From positions 32,001 through 96,000 of the IMG/VR virus record IMGVR_UViG_3300046318_000439: 64,000 nucleotides of DNA; one strand, given 5' to 3'. Under the pieces are notes generated by a model. The model made no database searches. It saw only the letters and a program-made list of their open reading frames with translations, and was not told the origin of the DNA. This document shows positions 32,001 through 41,418 of the stretch, in pieces. The DNA is from a virus (lineage: Duplodnaviria > Caudoviricetes). Each line of letters begins with the position of its first letter. The first letter of the stretch is position 1. Position numbers and translations under genes: made by a program.

Positions 32001-32313
32001 CAATACCGCGCTCTGTTCCTTTTGTGCGATATAAGTCCTGGATATGCTTTATTAATAATCTTTTATTAGTGGATACTTCATATGGAAGATCGCGTAAATA
32101 TTTTTCTTTGAAGTGTATTACGAAATCATCAATTGTCTTGTCGATATCTCGATACTCAAACATGTTACGACTAAGCTGAGTAGCTTGTCCGTTGCTTTCC
32201 ATCCACTCATAGTATGCTTTTACAAAAGCAATAAATTCCTTACCTTCTTCCTTATAAAAAGAAGGAAATTGTGATTCGATAAATGGGGAAACGTGATCTT
32301 CTATATCTCTCAT
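29095..32313 (-). CDS. gp7: Baseplate wedge initiator gp7
   Basis: SPFIESQFPSFYKEEG..FIAFVKAYYEW, YRTKGTERG..LLFRL, YYQEYSYEV...HTAGTKFFG. Confidence 0.85.
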   Translation of the reverse strand: MRDIEDHVSPFIESQFPSFYKEEGKEFIAFVKAYYEWMESNGQATQLSRNMFEYRDIDKTIDDFVIHFKEKYLRDLPYEVSTNKRLLIKHIQDLYRTKGTERGIDLLFRLIYNVGADVYYPGDDLLKPSDGQWFVPEYIEVSPAAKNDSLVGKTAIGTTSGATAFIERIVRKRVQGKFLDVFYISAREGNFVYNERIVDSADPVVEGAPKVIGSLSSLVVLNGGQDFNIGDVLTLKTGSGQQGKALVTGISTETGRVNFKIEDGGFGYTTNAQVIISSTNLTINNPTNANSAVTGFQRFETVSQPLATIAYSTTTNSAAFSAGAIVENYYGNGVVSANAVVIQNTPTNNTSGTMVVVPINGNVGSDATISLSGNSVTAVIDTYTNSTATGNVMFVSNTLIGVYDTTNQFVTYPGNYIVGLTSNTYANVSVRSSGTSARFSVGGLTNEQTVLVFSDLLRANNTGNVAFMNVLLDGSNSNVAANAYGFPKYPAGDINTTLQNILRFSNKTIGEISVLRSINPGEGYNADPKVVVIEPEISALDKHDFTIKLSNLTGLFVPGEIIEMSSNSFGQQLQITGFSGTAANGAATNAPEIGEYVWQSNGTSNTASGFVYESSVAAGSGSIKINNATGTFVNTYALNTLTTNATATISSANTVTLVTTTTGSVKTGNSSVITVKRLNLNDEFLANETIFGKLSGAAATILDVSSDQSTLPVGENAIVSANVQIANTVVSSLEVIDSGFGYVQDETVTMSTEGGLQDVTARVILNDQGQSEGYYQTERGFVDGSSKIHDGEYYQEYSYEVQTRIPLEKYADVLKDVVHTAGTKFFGKVVFDSLASYEDSNLIAPLPRQYNINVADGNGTYIVGESVYQTSANGTYKGHTGVITIANNAPYIEAGTQISTPSFSSNASSATVTTVTSNASHSTLYTTMLEGTIDTGDTIEAILGRKLTINEVQQGNTVTGSFAVGEVVYQSNAMDGAHTANGSVVAANSTLVEIWTVSGTWNTNTNVYGTTSNAYANTAAVTNSTNTYSVVTSINTLHIANVSGQFVHSSIISGANSGATSNASYISISLDT

Positions 32314-34106
32314 TCTTTGATCGCCACTACGCTTACCTCAATATCTTCTTCACTAATTTGTAGAATGTAATTCTTGCCTGAGGTAATATCTTTTTCTACA
32401 GGGTTAACATACAGGTGAAGGTGAGGGCCATCTACACCATCTACGATAAGATCGGTAATCACTACTCTTCCATTTACATAATCGACGGTACCCACATTTA
32501 CTACTAGCGTATTTTTATCTATTCCCTCTGCCGTATAAATTCCAACATTGCCATTACGATCGTCTTGTAGATTACACAATCTTCCGCCATATTGGAACGT
32601 CTCACTATGAACGGCTTTTACATCTGATGAAACATAGTCGTCGTAGGATATAGTATATGTGGTAGATAAAGCAAATCCGAAATCAATAATATCACCAAAC
32701 GATACACCTGGAATAACTGACATCTTCTTATATGGTATTGTATATAAGTCAGCACTCACAATACTAGAATGGGCATCGTTAATATCTTCCAATAATTTAG
32801 AATAGCGTAGAGTTTTTTTGAACCCGCTCAATTTGGCATTATTGTAACTACTAATTTTAGATTTTACCAACGTAGAAATGTCTGACGTTTGCAATGTAGA
32901 AAGGTTTACATTATAACGTACTAAGCACTGTACCTCAACGTTTATAAATTCTGGATCGATAAACACAGGATCGATGGATAAAGGGGATCTAGGCTTAATG
33001 AAGTTATAATAACGTTGTTTCGCACTTTCTGGCGCTCCATCTAAATCTTTATTATCTACAGCAATGAATACTTTACCATACTGAGGAGGGGTGACGTCTT
33101 CTCCTCCGTAAGCTGATACTGCTTGAATTTCTGGAAAAGTAGTACTCAATAAAGTTTCAAAATCGGAAGAAGTGATAGCGCGTTCTTGGTTTTGGTAATG
33201 GCGAGGAGCGTTTAGTTTTATTGACTCAATTGGCTCATTAACTGCTCCGCCAGTAGCTACAGATGTCGTGATGATAGAGCTTATATTAGATTGACCAGAA
33301 ATCGATCCGTCAATGTCAAAAGATCGGGCTCCGTTTGGCAATTCTCCATTACACGTTCTATATTCAATTGATACTATTGATCCGTTTTTCGGAACTCGAC
33401 CTACAACCCCATCTCCAAACACAATTTCATATTGTGAATTTTCTGCTGGCTGCAAGAAATAACACTGGGTATTGCTCGTCAATCCAAGTAAAGAACGCGC
33501 GCCAGTGTATACTAAAGCAGAAGCTCCATTATCTTCTATAACAGTAACGTTGATGCTGCGTGTATCCACAGTGGGATTAGACAACACAAAACGTTGAGAT
33601 GTGTTAGAAGCAGTATATACAAAAGAGTCAGTGACGTAGCTACCCTCGTATATGGATAGGTTAGCATTGAACTGTCCGTTACTATTCAATGTTAATGTGG
33701 ATGATTCACTAGTAGCAAAAGAGTAATTGTTACTTCCAACTTTTGCTGTAAACGTCGTTCCTTTTGGTACAACCAATGCTCCCATCGGGATTGATGGAGT
33801 GACGGTGAACGATATCTGAGCTTGCGCTGATTGATAGGATCTTGGAATGTAGTTTAATTCCTTAGCATGAGATATAACACTATCGCGCAACTGAGCCGTA
33901 TCGAGAAACATCTCACTCGCCACCATATTCAAATAAAAAGAATTTAAATATGTGTTGTATGATAACACATCTAGCAATTGAGAAATGTTGGATCCCTCAA
34001 AGTCCACATCTTTAAATGGGGAGTCTGAGCTTTTAAGGTATGTTTTTAAATTGCTTTTTATTGTCTCAAAATCGAGATCAACTAAGCTAACGCTGGTGTT
34101 TGCCAT
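32310..34106 (-). CDS. gp6: Baseplate wedge subunit gp6
   Basis: LDFETIKSNLKTYL, FEGSNISQLLDVLSYNTY, QERAITSSDF, YGGED..PPQYGKVFI. Confidence 0.95.
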   Translation of the reverse strand: MANTSVSLVDLDFETIKSNLKTYLKSSDSPFKDVDFEGSNISQLLDVLSYNTYLNSFYLNMVASEMFLDTAQLRDSVISHAKELNYIPRSYQSAQAQISFTVTPSIPMGALVVPKGTTFTAKVGSNNYSFATSESSTLTLNSNGQFNANLSIYEGSYVTDSFVYTASNTSQRFVLSNPTVDTRSINVTVIEDNGASALVYTGARSLLGLTSNTQCYFLQPAENSQYEIVFGDGVVGRVPKNGSIVSIEYRTCNGELPNGARSFDIDGSISGQSNISSIITTSVATGGAVNEPIESIKLNAPRHYQNQERAITSSDFETLLSTTFPEIQAVSAYGGEDVTPPQYGKVFIAVDNKDLDGAPESAKQRYYNFIKPRSPLSIDPVFIDPEFINVEVQCLVRYNVNLSTLQTSDISTLVKSKISSYNNAKLSGFKKTLRYSKLLEDINDAHSSIVSADLYTIPYKKMSVIPGVSFGDIIDFGFALSTTYTISYDDYVSSDVKAVHSETFQYGGRLCNLQDDRNGNVGIYTAEGIDKNTLVVNVGTVDYVNGRVVITDLIVDGVDGPHLHLYVNPVEKDITSGKNYILQISEEDIEVSVVAIKE

Positions 34107-34534
34107 TAGCGTATCCTATTAAGTAGAATGTCAAGTACAATGGGTTCTGATTTATTTATCACACTAAAAACAACAGTTACTGAATATGCGTTAGCTTCCA
34201 GAAGTGCAGAAACTATAACATCTATTAGGTTAGCTCTAGGCTCATAGTTGTTGATAGTCGTTTCAATGTAGTCACGTAGAGAACTTTCAGTTTGGGGACT
34301 AAAGTTTTCAAAAAGTAATGATCTAATATCGCTTCCCAAAATGGGATTAAATAATCTTTCTCCTCGATCGGTTAGCAATAAATTTCGTATTGATCGTTTT
34401 ACTGCTTCATCGTTGGTGGTTGTTACCAAATCTAACTTCGTTGGGTGAATATCAAAAGAAGTCGTAAAATCGGAGTACACCGTTTCTACGCGAGAGGATT
34501 GTGTTATTGCTTGAGCTCTTTTTATGACTGCCAT
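34106..34534 (-). CDS. gp25: Baseplate wedge subunit gp25
   Basis: EAVKRSIRNLLLTDRGERLFNPILGS...NYEPRA. Confidence 0.92.
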   Translation of the reverse strand: MAVIKRAQAITQSSRVETVYSDFTTSFDIHPTKLDLVTTTNDEAVKRSIRNLLLTDRGERLFNPILGSDIRSLLFENFSPQTESSLRDYIETTINNYEPRANLIDVIVSALLEANAYSVTVVFSVINKSEPIVLDILLNRIR

Positions 34535-34535
34535 A

Positions 34536-35399
34536 TTACATTGTTCCGTTCGGCGTACCTGTTACAACTCCAATAGACTCTGGATGTGTGTGTGAATTGT
34601 AAATTGCTCTATCTGCAGACATTGTTCTCATACTATCTGATATCTGTTTCGTAGAAGATATGTTACCATTAACAGCAACATTACCAGTAATATTAACATC
34701 CCCAGTTAGATTCCAACTTGACGCTTTACCAGTTACTGTTCCATCTACATTGATATTCACACTACCCTTGACTTGTATATTGGCACTACCCCCAATATAC
34801 ACTTCATTATTCTTTACTACAACATTAATGCTATCGCCGGCCGTTTTTGTTACCATTCGACCATCTTCATTAATCTCAACGTATGTGCCTGATTTGTGAT
34901 AGATGTGAATACGTTCAAAATTTGGTGTATCGTCTACTTCAATTACATGTCCGCTTTCAGTGCGCATTACCTTATTATAAGGATATTTAGCCCTATATGC
35001 TGAACCAGGCTCTGGGCCAAGCTGCTCTTTATTGACATTATTCAGTTCACGGGCTTCTGGTGGCACATCATGGTTGTCAGCAATCTGTCCCGGTATTCCA
35101 GCTGTCGCTCCCATAATTATTGGATTGTTGCCATCCTCACCATCCATGAAAAACCCAATTACAGTGGTGCCTACCTGAATTCCGACTGGAGCTTGTCCAA
35201 CCTTATTATAGTTAGCTCCAGTTATTGGACTCATCACTACTGCCCATGGTAGGTTGTCTGTACCGACTCGGCTCTGTTTCATTGAATGTACGTTGTATAT
35301 GCGAACACGTACACGCCCAAGCTTCAAAGGATCCTCGCGGTCCTCTACCACGCCAATAAACCATCTAAATCCCTCTTCGCCTATATTTCTCGTGGTCAT
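34536..35399 (-). CDS. gp5: Baseplate central spike gp5-like (OB fold plus beta-helix, no lysozyme domain)
   Basis: WFIGVVEDREDPLKLGRVRVR, YPYNKV..TESGH..E.DDTP..ERI...HKSGT, C-terminal YNSHTH. Confidence 0.9.
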   Translation of the reverse strand: MTTRNIGEEGFRWFIGVVEDREDPLKLGRVRVRIYNVHSMKQSRVGTDNLPWAVVMSPITGANYNKVGQAPVGIQVGTTVIGFFMDGEDGNNPIIMGATAGIPGQIADNHDVPPEARELNNVNKEQLGPEPGSAYRAKYPYNKVMRTESGHVIEVDDTPNFERIHIYHKSGTYVEINEDGRMVTKTAGDSINVVVKNNEVYIGGSANIQVKGSVNINVDGTVTGKASSWNLTGDVNITGNVAVNGNISSTKQISDSMRTMSADRAIYNSHTHPESIGVVTGTPNGTM

Positions 35400-36643
35400 G
35401 CGTTGAATCCTATTTTATTACAATCAAAAGTAATATTATGTTTAAATTTCTTATCTTCTTGTACAATTAGATGTCGCAACTTTGTTATCATATATTTTCC
35501 AGAGTATCGCTTATCGCCGGATTTCTTTTCTGTTGTGCCAGAAGTATCTGGTAGATCCAGCTGGATCATATCTCCTACTGTAATATAGTTGTCACCATAA
35601 GCCATACAACGTGTTACGTTCTGATTGAATAGCTTAACAAAAGCATGTCTATATCCAATTAGATCAGATACGAAATCGTTTCCTTTGCTAGAGTCTTTAG
35701 GAGTAAACATATAATATGGAGCCCCAGCCTTAACTTCGTTTATAATCTTTTGACTGTTTGGTACCTTAGCTGCTTTATCCCCAGTTTCAAATTTATGAGC
35801 TTGTTTGTCGAGATCAAAATTAGTCTCTCCGAACTCCTTCGATAAAAGGTCAAAAGAGCGAACTGTATTTTTATACAAACCTCCGGACATTTTATCAATT
35901 GTATCAAATTTGGATAAATGCTCAAACCGTTGCAAATTGCGAAACGCAAACGCTTTTCTTTGTTTATCAGATACTGTATCGGGATTGTATGTGAACGCTC
36001 TGGATGCGATTGTCTTAGATCCATCCTCAATTAATTTTTCTAACGTAACGAAGTTTATTCCATATTGATTCTCAAAAAACACAAACACGCCACCAGATGC
36101 TCTTTTAGATATCGCCTTTTGTCTTAAAAAATCAACTGCTGCCAAAGGATTCATTTTAGGAAGCGTGACTGGAATCAATCCTCTTGTTGTTTCAACAACT
36201 ACTGGCTTTTTAGTTTTTACTTCATTGACGAGAATATCTGCTACCATCTCAGCAACAGTATTGTTGTACCCTTTGTCAATTAACTGAACGCTGTTAATAA
36301 AGTGTTCTTCAGAAACACATTTTAACATATATGCCGATCCTTTACCGGTGGCGTTGTTAACTGTGCCATCGATGCTATATGTGCGGAATTTGTACTTAGT
36401 GGGCTTATCGCGACCTGGAGTCACAAACACAATTTCAACATTTTCTTCGCCAATTATAGGAAAATCCTTTACTAAGTTGGCGCTGTCAACCATCATTAAC
36501 TCAGCATATACTGTAGGCTCTTCGATGTCTTCAAATATAGAAAGTGACATCACTTGAGCACGTATATCGACACTAGCACTTTTATTTGTGTTGGTGAGAT
36601 TGATACTAATTATTCGAATGTCGCCTGGCTCATATTGTTTCAT
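35396..36643 (-). CDS. Baseplate hub protein (gp27-like)
   Basis: Position between gp53 and gp5; SIFEDI, PIIGEE, FVFFEN..G.NF, YSGKYMITKLRH. Confidence 0.7.
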   Translation of the reverse strand: MKQYEPGDIRIISINLTNTNKSASVDIRAQVMSLSIFEDIEEPTVYAELMMVDSANLVKDFPIIGEENVEIVFVTPGRDKPTKYKFRTYSIDGTVNNATGKGSAYMLKCVSEEHFINSVQLIDKGYNNTVAEMVADILVNEVKTKKPVVVETTRGLIPVTLPKMNPLAAVDFLRQKAISKRASGGVFVFFENQYGINFVTLEKLIEDGSKTIASRAFTYNPDTVSDKQRKAFAFRNLQRFEHLSKFDTIDKMSGGLYKNTVRSFDLLSKEFGETNFDLDKQAHKFETGDKAAKVPNSQKIINEVKAGAPYYMFTPKDSSKGNDFVSDLIGYRHAFVKLFNQNVTRCMAYGDNYITVGDMIQLDLPDTSGTTEKKSGDKRYSGKYMITKLRHLIVQEDKKFKHNITFDCNKIGFNA

Positions 36644-37500
36644 AGAAGCTCTTCTAACTCTTTTTCAATTTGATCAATGTATCCTTTGTCTATTAATTTA
36701 ATGTGCCGTTTTGATTCATTAAGCTCGTTTTCGTAGTCATAAAAAGAGACGTATGTCCAATAAACTGCTTCATTAGCTGGAATTGATGTGACAATTGTAT
36801 TCACATCAGATACAGTAGCACTAGCTCCACTATTCATACCAATTAGACTGCCAACGGAACCAGCTGTATTAGCAATTGCGCCAACTACATGCTGTATAGT
36901 TAAGATGTTTTCTGCCTTATGTTTAACAATTGCAGATGCTGTAATATTGCCAGAAGTTTTTTGTGTGACTGGCTCTCCCTCTATAAAATTTGCTGTAGAG
37001 GAGACTGTTACTTCTTGTATTTTATTAGTATCTACTGCAAGAATATCTTGTGATCTTTCGTATGCGGCAATTGATCCAGAAGCTCCAATCCTAGGTGCAA
37101 AGTATTTTTTAGCGTAGCTTGGCAAAGCAGCATAACCAGCAGGCGTTAACATAGTATCATCCTCGTGCCAATTCGTACGCCAATATAAAATGCCTTCTTT
37201 AGCAGCTACCAACGACCCATACTTTTTAATAATAACGTTATTAAGTTCCTCTTCCATAAGAGGCCAATCGTACAAGGGGTCTACAATATCATTAGCCATA
37301 TAGATCACCCAACTGTATCGAGGATCATCATAGTAGTTGGCGGCAATAACATCTGCTCGTTCGCCCTCTAATATAGTGTATGGATAAAAGATAGCTCCTG
37401 CCTTTTTAGCAGCATTGCTAAATTTTACTTTAGCTAGTAAATTGACAGCAACGTTGCCATCATAGTATATTACAGGAAATTTTGTGAATAAATTAAACAT
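36640..37500 (-). CDS. gp53: Baseplate wedge component gp53
   Basis: YTILEGERADVIAANYYDDPRYSWVIYMAN.IVDPLYDWPL; YDYENELNESKRHIKLI. Confidence 0.9.
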   Translation of the reverse strand: MFNLFTKFPVIYYDGNVAVNLLAKVKFSNAAKKAGAIFYPYTILEGERADVIAANYYDDPRYSWVIYMANDIVDPLYDWPLMEEELNNVIIKKYGSLVAAKEGILYWRTNWHEDDTMLTPAGYAALPSYAKKYFAPRIGASGSIAAYERSQDILAVDTNKIQEVTVSSTANFIEGEPVTQKTSGNITASAIVKHKAENILTIQHVVGAIANTAGSVGSLIGMNSGASATVSDVNTIVTSIPANEAVYWTYVSFYDYENELNESKRHIKLIDKGYIDQIEKELEELL

Positions 37501-37513
37501 AAATTATTGTGAA

Positions 37514-38752
37514 TTAAGATGCAATTATATCTGCGCTGATGTTACCAGCCTGATCATTGCCTCCAGGACCCGCCCCTGTTCGAGCTGCGGGGGTGTTTTT
37601 CGGGACTGGCGACTTACCTTGAGTTGTTGCTGGTAGCGGTTTATTAGCAGAATTTCGGCCAAGCGGTTGTGTCAAATCGCCCGCCTGCACATCGTTACGA
37701 GTTACTGGCTCAACTTCACCAAACTCTAAACTTATTTCTGCTTCCGTTGTATATTTACCACCTTTGAAGAATGATGGAGTTCCTTGGGGAGCATAATTTA
37801 CGCTCATTGACTTCAAGTAACAATTTTTAAATGAGTACGGCATATCTCTTGTCTGGAATTCAATTGTACATATGTCAGGGAAGTTAAACAACAATCCAGA
37901 CTTTTCTGGCAACATTCTAATCTTTAATTCGCGTATAATAGCTTTAAGTGCAGCTGCCTCTGCTTCGGAGTTTGGCGAACATCTGAATCTAAACGAATGA
38001 CTCCGTAAATCAATTCCTTGGAACTGCAAAGCTTGATATGGATTCAATACAGAGCCAGTTGCGCGATCGATAGCTGCGCCTGCGTTATCAGATATTGATT
38101 TAATTCCACTTCTTGCCAAGTAAGCTAGGTTGCCTGGTGCTCCCGCAAGGTTGCCAAGATTTTTGCCAGCAGCTGCTGCTTTATCTTTTGTCATTGTTCC
38201 ACCCAACATATCCTGAGCAGATTTTAATAATCCACTTTCCTCTAAAAGACCAGCCATGCCTAGTTGTTTTTCTGCATATTGAACTGAGTAGCGCTCACTC
38301 AATTCTGATGGTAGAGGAAGATATATTGTAGCTGTCGGTAGCTCTTTACGAGGAAACACTGGGTTGGTTTGATAAGCACTTTTGAAGGAAAACTTTATAT
38401 AATAATGCCCTAAATCCAAAGGAAATTGCATTTGACCTGGTCCCTTAGTAATTTTTCCGCGAGTACCTTCAGGTCTTATCTCGCGAATCTTTTCAGCGAC
38501 GCCTAGAGTATCTTTAAATTTAGTAACTGTAGAGACAGCACTGCCTAATTGGTTAAATGCTGCAGATGCTGCTCCAGTAATGGAACTTCCAGCGGCGCTC
38601 AACTTGCCAGCAATTCCCCCCAACACTCCTTGAATGGATCCTGCAGCACCGTTAAGAGTGGTTGATCCGACGCCACTTATTGAGTTTTGAACGTTTCCAA
38701 GAGCCTGCTGAGTTTGCTGGGCGATTGAAGAAGGGTTAGTAAAATCAGGCAT
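37514..38752 (-). CDS. gp48: Baseplate tail-tube cap gp48
   Basis: IYLPLPSEL...Y, VLNPYQALQFQGIDLRSHSFRF...PNSEAEA, CYLKSMSVNYAP. Confidence 0.85.
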   Translation of the reverse strand: MPDFTNPSSIAQQTQQALGNVQNSISGVGSTTLNGAAGSIQGVLGGIAGKLSAAGSSITGAASAAFNQLGSAVSTVTKFKDTLGVAEKIREIRPEGTRGKITKGPGQMQFPLDLGHYYIKFSFKSAYQTNPVFPRKELPTATIYLPLPSELSERYSVQYAEKQLGMAGLLEESGLLKSAQDMLGGTMTKDKAAAAGKNLGNLAGAPGNLAYLARSGIKSISDNAGAAIDRATGSVLNPYQALQFQGIDLRSHSFRFRCSPNSEAEAAALKAIIRELKIRMLPEKSGLLFNFPDICTIEFQTRDMPYSFKNCYLKSMSVNYAPQGTPSFFKGGKYTTEAEISLEFGEVEPVTRNDVQAGDLTQPLGRNSANKPLPATTQGKSPVPKNTPAARTGAGPGGNDQAGNISADIIAS

Positions 38753-38757
38753 AAATA
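38750..38757 (+). promoter_or_regulatory. T4-type late promoter (CATAAATA) for the gp4-gp2 operon
   Basis: NATAAATA 7 nt before the gp4 ATG, overlapping the gp48 start codon. Confidence 0.6.
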
Positions 38758-38763
38758 TTTTCT

Positions 38764-39213
38764 ATGAGTTATAAAGGTTTCTTTAAGCCCAAAAACCCCA
38801 GTCGATATAAAGGCGATCCTACAAACATAATTTACAGAAGTTCGTGGGAGTTTAAGCTTATGACCTATTTAGACGTCCACCCAGACGTAATAGAATGGTC
38901 TAGCGAAGAGTTTTGCATACCTTATAGATCTCCCATTGATGGTAAGATACATCGTTATTTTCCAGATTTCCATGTGAAAAAGAAAAATGCAACTGGTGAA
39001 ACGGAAACAGTGGTCATTGAAGTAAAGCCAAAAAACCAAGTAGTTCCACCAAATGTAGTTAAAACTAAAACAAACAAACCAACAAAACGATATATTAGAG
39101 AAGTTATGACATACGGTGTAAATGAAGCAAAATGGAAAGCGGCCAAAGCGTTTTGCGCTGACCGTAAATGGAAGTTTTTAATAATGACCGAATCTGAATT
39201 AGGAATAAAATAA
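38764..39213 (+). CDS. gp4: Head completion protein gp4 (TnsA-like nuclease fold)
   Basis: YKG.FKPKNP..YKGDPTNIIYRSSWE, HRYFPDF, NEAKW.AA. Confidence 0.95.
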   Translation: MSYKGFFKPKNPSRYKGDPTNIIYRSSWEFKLMTYLDVHPDVIEWSSEEFCIPYRSPIDGKIHRYFPDFHVKKKNATGETETVVIEVKPKNQVVPPNVVKTKTNKPTKRYIREVMTYGVNEAKWKAAKAFCADRKWKFLIMTESELGIK

Positions 39214-39812
39214 TGGCGATTGCAGTTTTCGAGAATATTCTAAAACAGGCTCAAAAAGCTAATGTGCTAACTAACAAGGCTGAGGATGCTACTCAATGGC
39301 TTCGGAATAAGGCCATGACGTTTAGAAACGTCGATCCAAACCGCGTCATTAAACAAGGCATGGATAAATCTGTAATGCAGGTTAAACCTGGCCAGATGTT
39401 CTTGTTTCAATATGATCCTAAGTTAAAAGATAAGCTTCCATACCACGATCGGTTTCCGTTGGTATTTCCTATCAGGCGCAGTGGAGATGGATTCTATGGA
39501 CTGAACATGCATTATCTTCCAATCCCGTTCAGAGCAATATTGATGGATAATCTATATCAATTAATTAATAATTATAAAAACGACGAGACGACAAAACTCC
39601 GTCTAACATACAACCTACTTGCAGGTACTGCTAAATTTAGGTACTACAAACCATGTTTAAAATACTACCTAAATAGCCAGGTACAAAGTAAATTTATATA
39701 CATTGCCCCAAACGAATGGGACCTTGCTCTATTCCTTCCATTACATAGATTCCAGGGTGCAACAGCTGCTGCAGTGTATAAAGATAGCAAGAAAATAATA
39801 ACAGGTAGATAA
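39213..39812 (+). CDS. gp2: DNA end protector gp2
   Basis: F.YDPK.KDKLPY.DRFPLVF, GFYGLNMHYLP, PCLKYYL. Confidence 0.92.
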   Translation: MAIAVFENILKQAQKANVLTNKAEDATQWLRNKAMTFRNVDPNRVIKQGMDKSVMQVKPGQMFLFQYDPKLKDKLPYHDRFPLVFPIRRSGDGFYGLNMHYLPIPFRAILMDNLYQLINNYKNDETTKLRLTYNLLAGTAKFRYYKPCLKYYLNSQVQSKFIYIAPNEWDLALFLPLHRFQGATAAAVYKDSKKIITGR

Positions 39813-39813
39813 T

Positions 39814-40698
39814 ATGGCCAAAGCCGCTGACTTCTTCACAAAAGCTAGAAATGTAGCCGGAACTGCAAATGCACTCCGGGAATTCTTGCCAGATGAAATC
39901 ACAAATGGTATCGATTCCATCTTTGGCGGTAACATTCTACCAGTTGGAGCTCGTAAAGGAATCAGCGGTTTCAGATCCACCATTAATAACTTAAATGGAC
40001 TGCAAAGACCGAATCACTTTTACGTAACAATACCGAACCCTCCTATACTGCAGGGAGATATTGGTCCCATCTTATTGCCGTTTTTAACGGAGTCAGCAAC
40101 TATTCCTGGCGTATCTTTAGCAACATCAGATGTTAGACGTTACGGATATGGTCCAACCGAGAAAAAGCCGTATGCTCCTATATTTGTTGACCAACAGATG
40201 ACCTTTTTAGGAGACGCGTCTGGTGTTGTTCATAAGTTCTTTTATAAGTGGATGAACGGTATTGTAAAATATGATGAGTTCCCTCGAGGTAGACCAGGAT
40301 TCAATGGAGTACGTCCTTTTGAGGTTGAATATAAGCGCCAATACGCCGTCGACATTATAATCACAGCCATTGATGAAGTCGATCGGAAGATAATGGAAGT
40401 AAAGCTGTATGATGCGTTCCCAATCGCTATGGGTGATATAGGGTTGAGTTGGAACCAAAATGACAGCTACGTCGGTATACCAATCACGTTTTCTTACTAT
40501 AAATGGAAACGTACAGATATTAGTATCAATCTTGATGAATTAATTGGAGAAGACATTTCTCCAGTACAAAGATTGTTGAAGGCAGGAACTGCAATCCAGA
40601 CTCTTGCTAAAATTAAAAAGCCCAACAACGTTGCAGATATTCTCAACGTCGTCAACAATAGTAAAGTTGCTGTTGGAAGCTTAGGAGGTTTCTTTTAA
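39814..40698 (+). CDS. gp54: Tail tube initiator gp54 (gp19 fold)
   Basis: RPNHFYVTI, ESATIPG..LAT, KLYDAFPI.MGDI.LSW, ITFSYYKW. Confidence 0.75.
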   Translation: MAKAADFFTKARNVAGTANALREFLPDEITNGIDSIFGGNILPVGARKGISGFRSTINNLNGLQRPNHFYVTIPNPPILQGDIGPILLPFLTESATIPGVSLATSDVRRYGYGPTEKKPYAPIFVDQQMTFLGDASGVVHKFFYKWMNGIVKYDEFPRGRPGFNGVRPFEVEYKRQYAVDIIITAIDEVDRKIMEVKLYDAFPIAMGDIGLSWNQNDSYVGIPITFSYYKWKRTDISINLDELIGEDISPVQRLLKAGTAIQTLAKIKKPNNVADILNVVNNSKVAVGSLGGFF

Positions 40699-40707
40699 GG
40701 AGTTATT

Positions 40708-41418
40708 ATGGCATTACCAAAAATCAGTCACCCAATATTTGAATTGACATTACCATCCACCAAACAAACAATTCGCTACAGACCTTTCTTGGTCAAAGAA
40801 GAAAAGATTCTTCTAACTGCTCAAGCATCTGGCGAACCGCAAGACATTATCTTATCAATTAGACAAGTAATCAATAACTGTATTCTAACAGAAGGAATTG
40901 ATATTGAAGACTTAACAACATTTGATTTAGAGTATTTGTTTATTAAAATTAGAGCTAAATCTGTTAACAATATTATAAGTTTGACATATAGAGATTTAGA
41001 AGATGAAAAGCGTTATGATGTAGAAGTTGATCTAGATCAAATTGAAATGAAAGAAGATCCGACTCACACAAATATAGTGGATGTCGGTAACGGCATTTCT
41101 TTGACAATGCGTTATCCAAAAGCAGACATTGCATCATCATTAAAGGCTGTTGATGGTGAACTAGATGTATTCTTTGAAGTTTTGAGAAACTGCATTGCTA
41201 CAATTAATGACGGTGAGCAAACGCACGTTACGAGCGACTATGGCTCCGAAGAGATGGATGAATTTATTCAATCCCTTGACGTGAATGCATTTAAGAAGAT
41301 TCAAGAGTTTTTTTCAACTATGCCTAAACTGTACTATGAAGTCAAATATACTAATAGCTTAGGTAATGAAAAGGTCATCCCACTGACTACATTAAATGAT
41401 TTTTTTACGTTGGGCTGA
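40708..41418 (+). CDS. gp26: Baseplate hub assembly protein gp26
   Basis: MALPKI.HP.FELTLPST...YRPFLVKEEKILL, FDLEYLF.KIRAKSV, ends LNDFF. Confidence 0.92.
   Translation: MALPKISHPIFELTLPSTKQTIRYRPFLVKEEKILLTAQASGEPQDIILSIRQVINNCILTEGIDIEDLTTFDLEYLFIKIRAKSVNNIISLTYRDLEDEKRYDVEVDLDQIEMKEDPTHTNIVDVGNGISLTMRYPKADIASSLKAVDGELDVFFEVLRNCIATINDGEQTHVTSDYGSEEMDEFIQSLDVNAFKKIQEFFSTMPKLYYEVKYTNSLGNEKVIPLTTLNDFFTLG

Noticed and set aside
38764-39213. TnsA-like nuclease as a transposon gene
   Set aside because: Sequence and position next to gp2 identify it as core T4 gp4; no terminal repeats or transposase partners.
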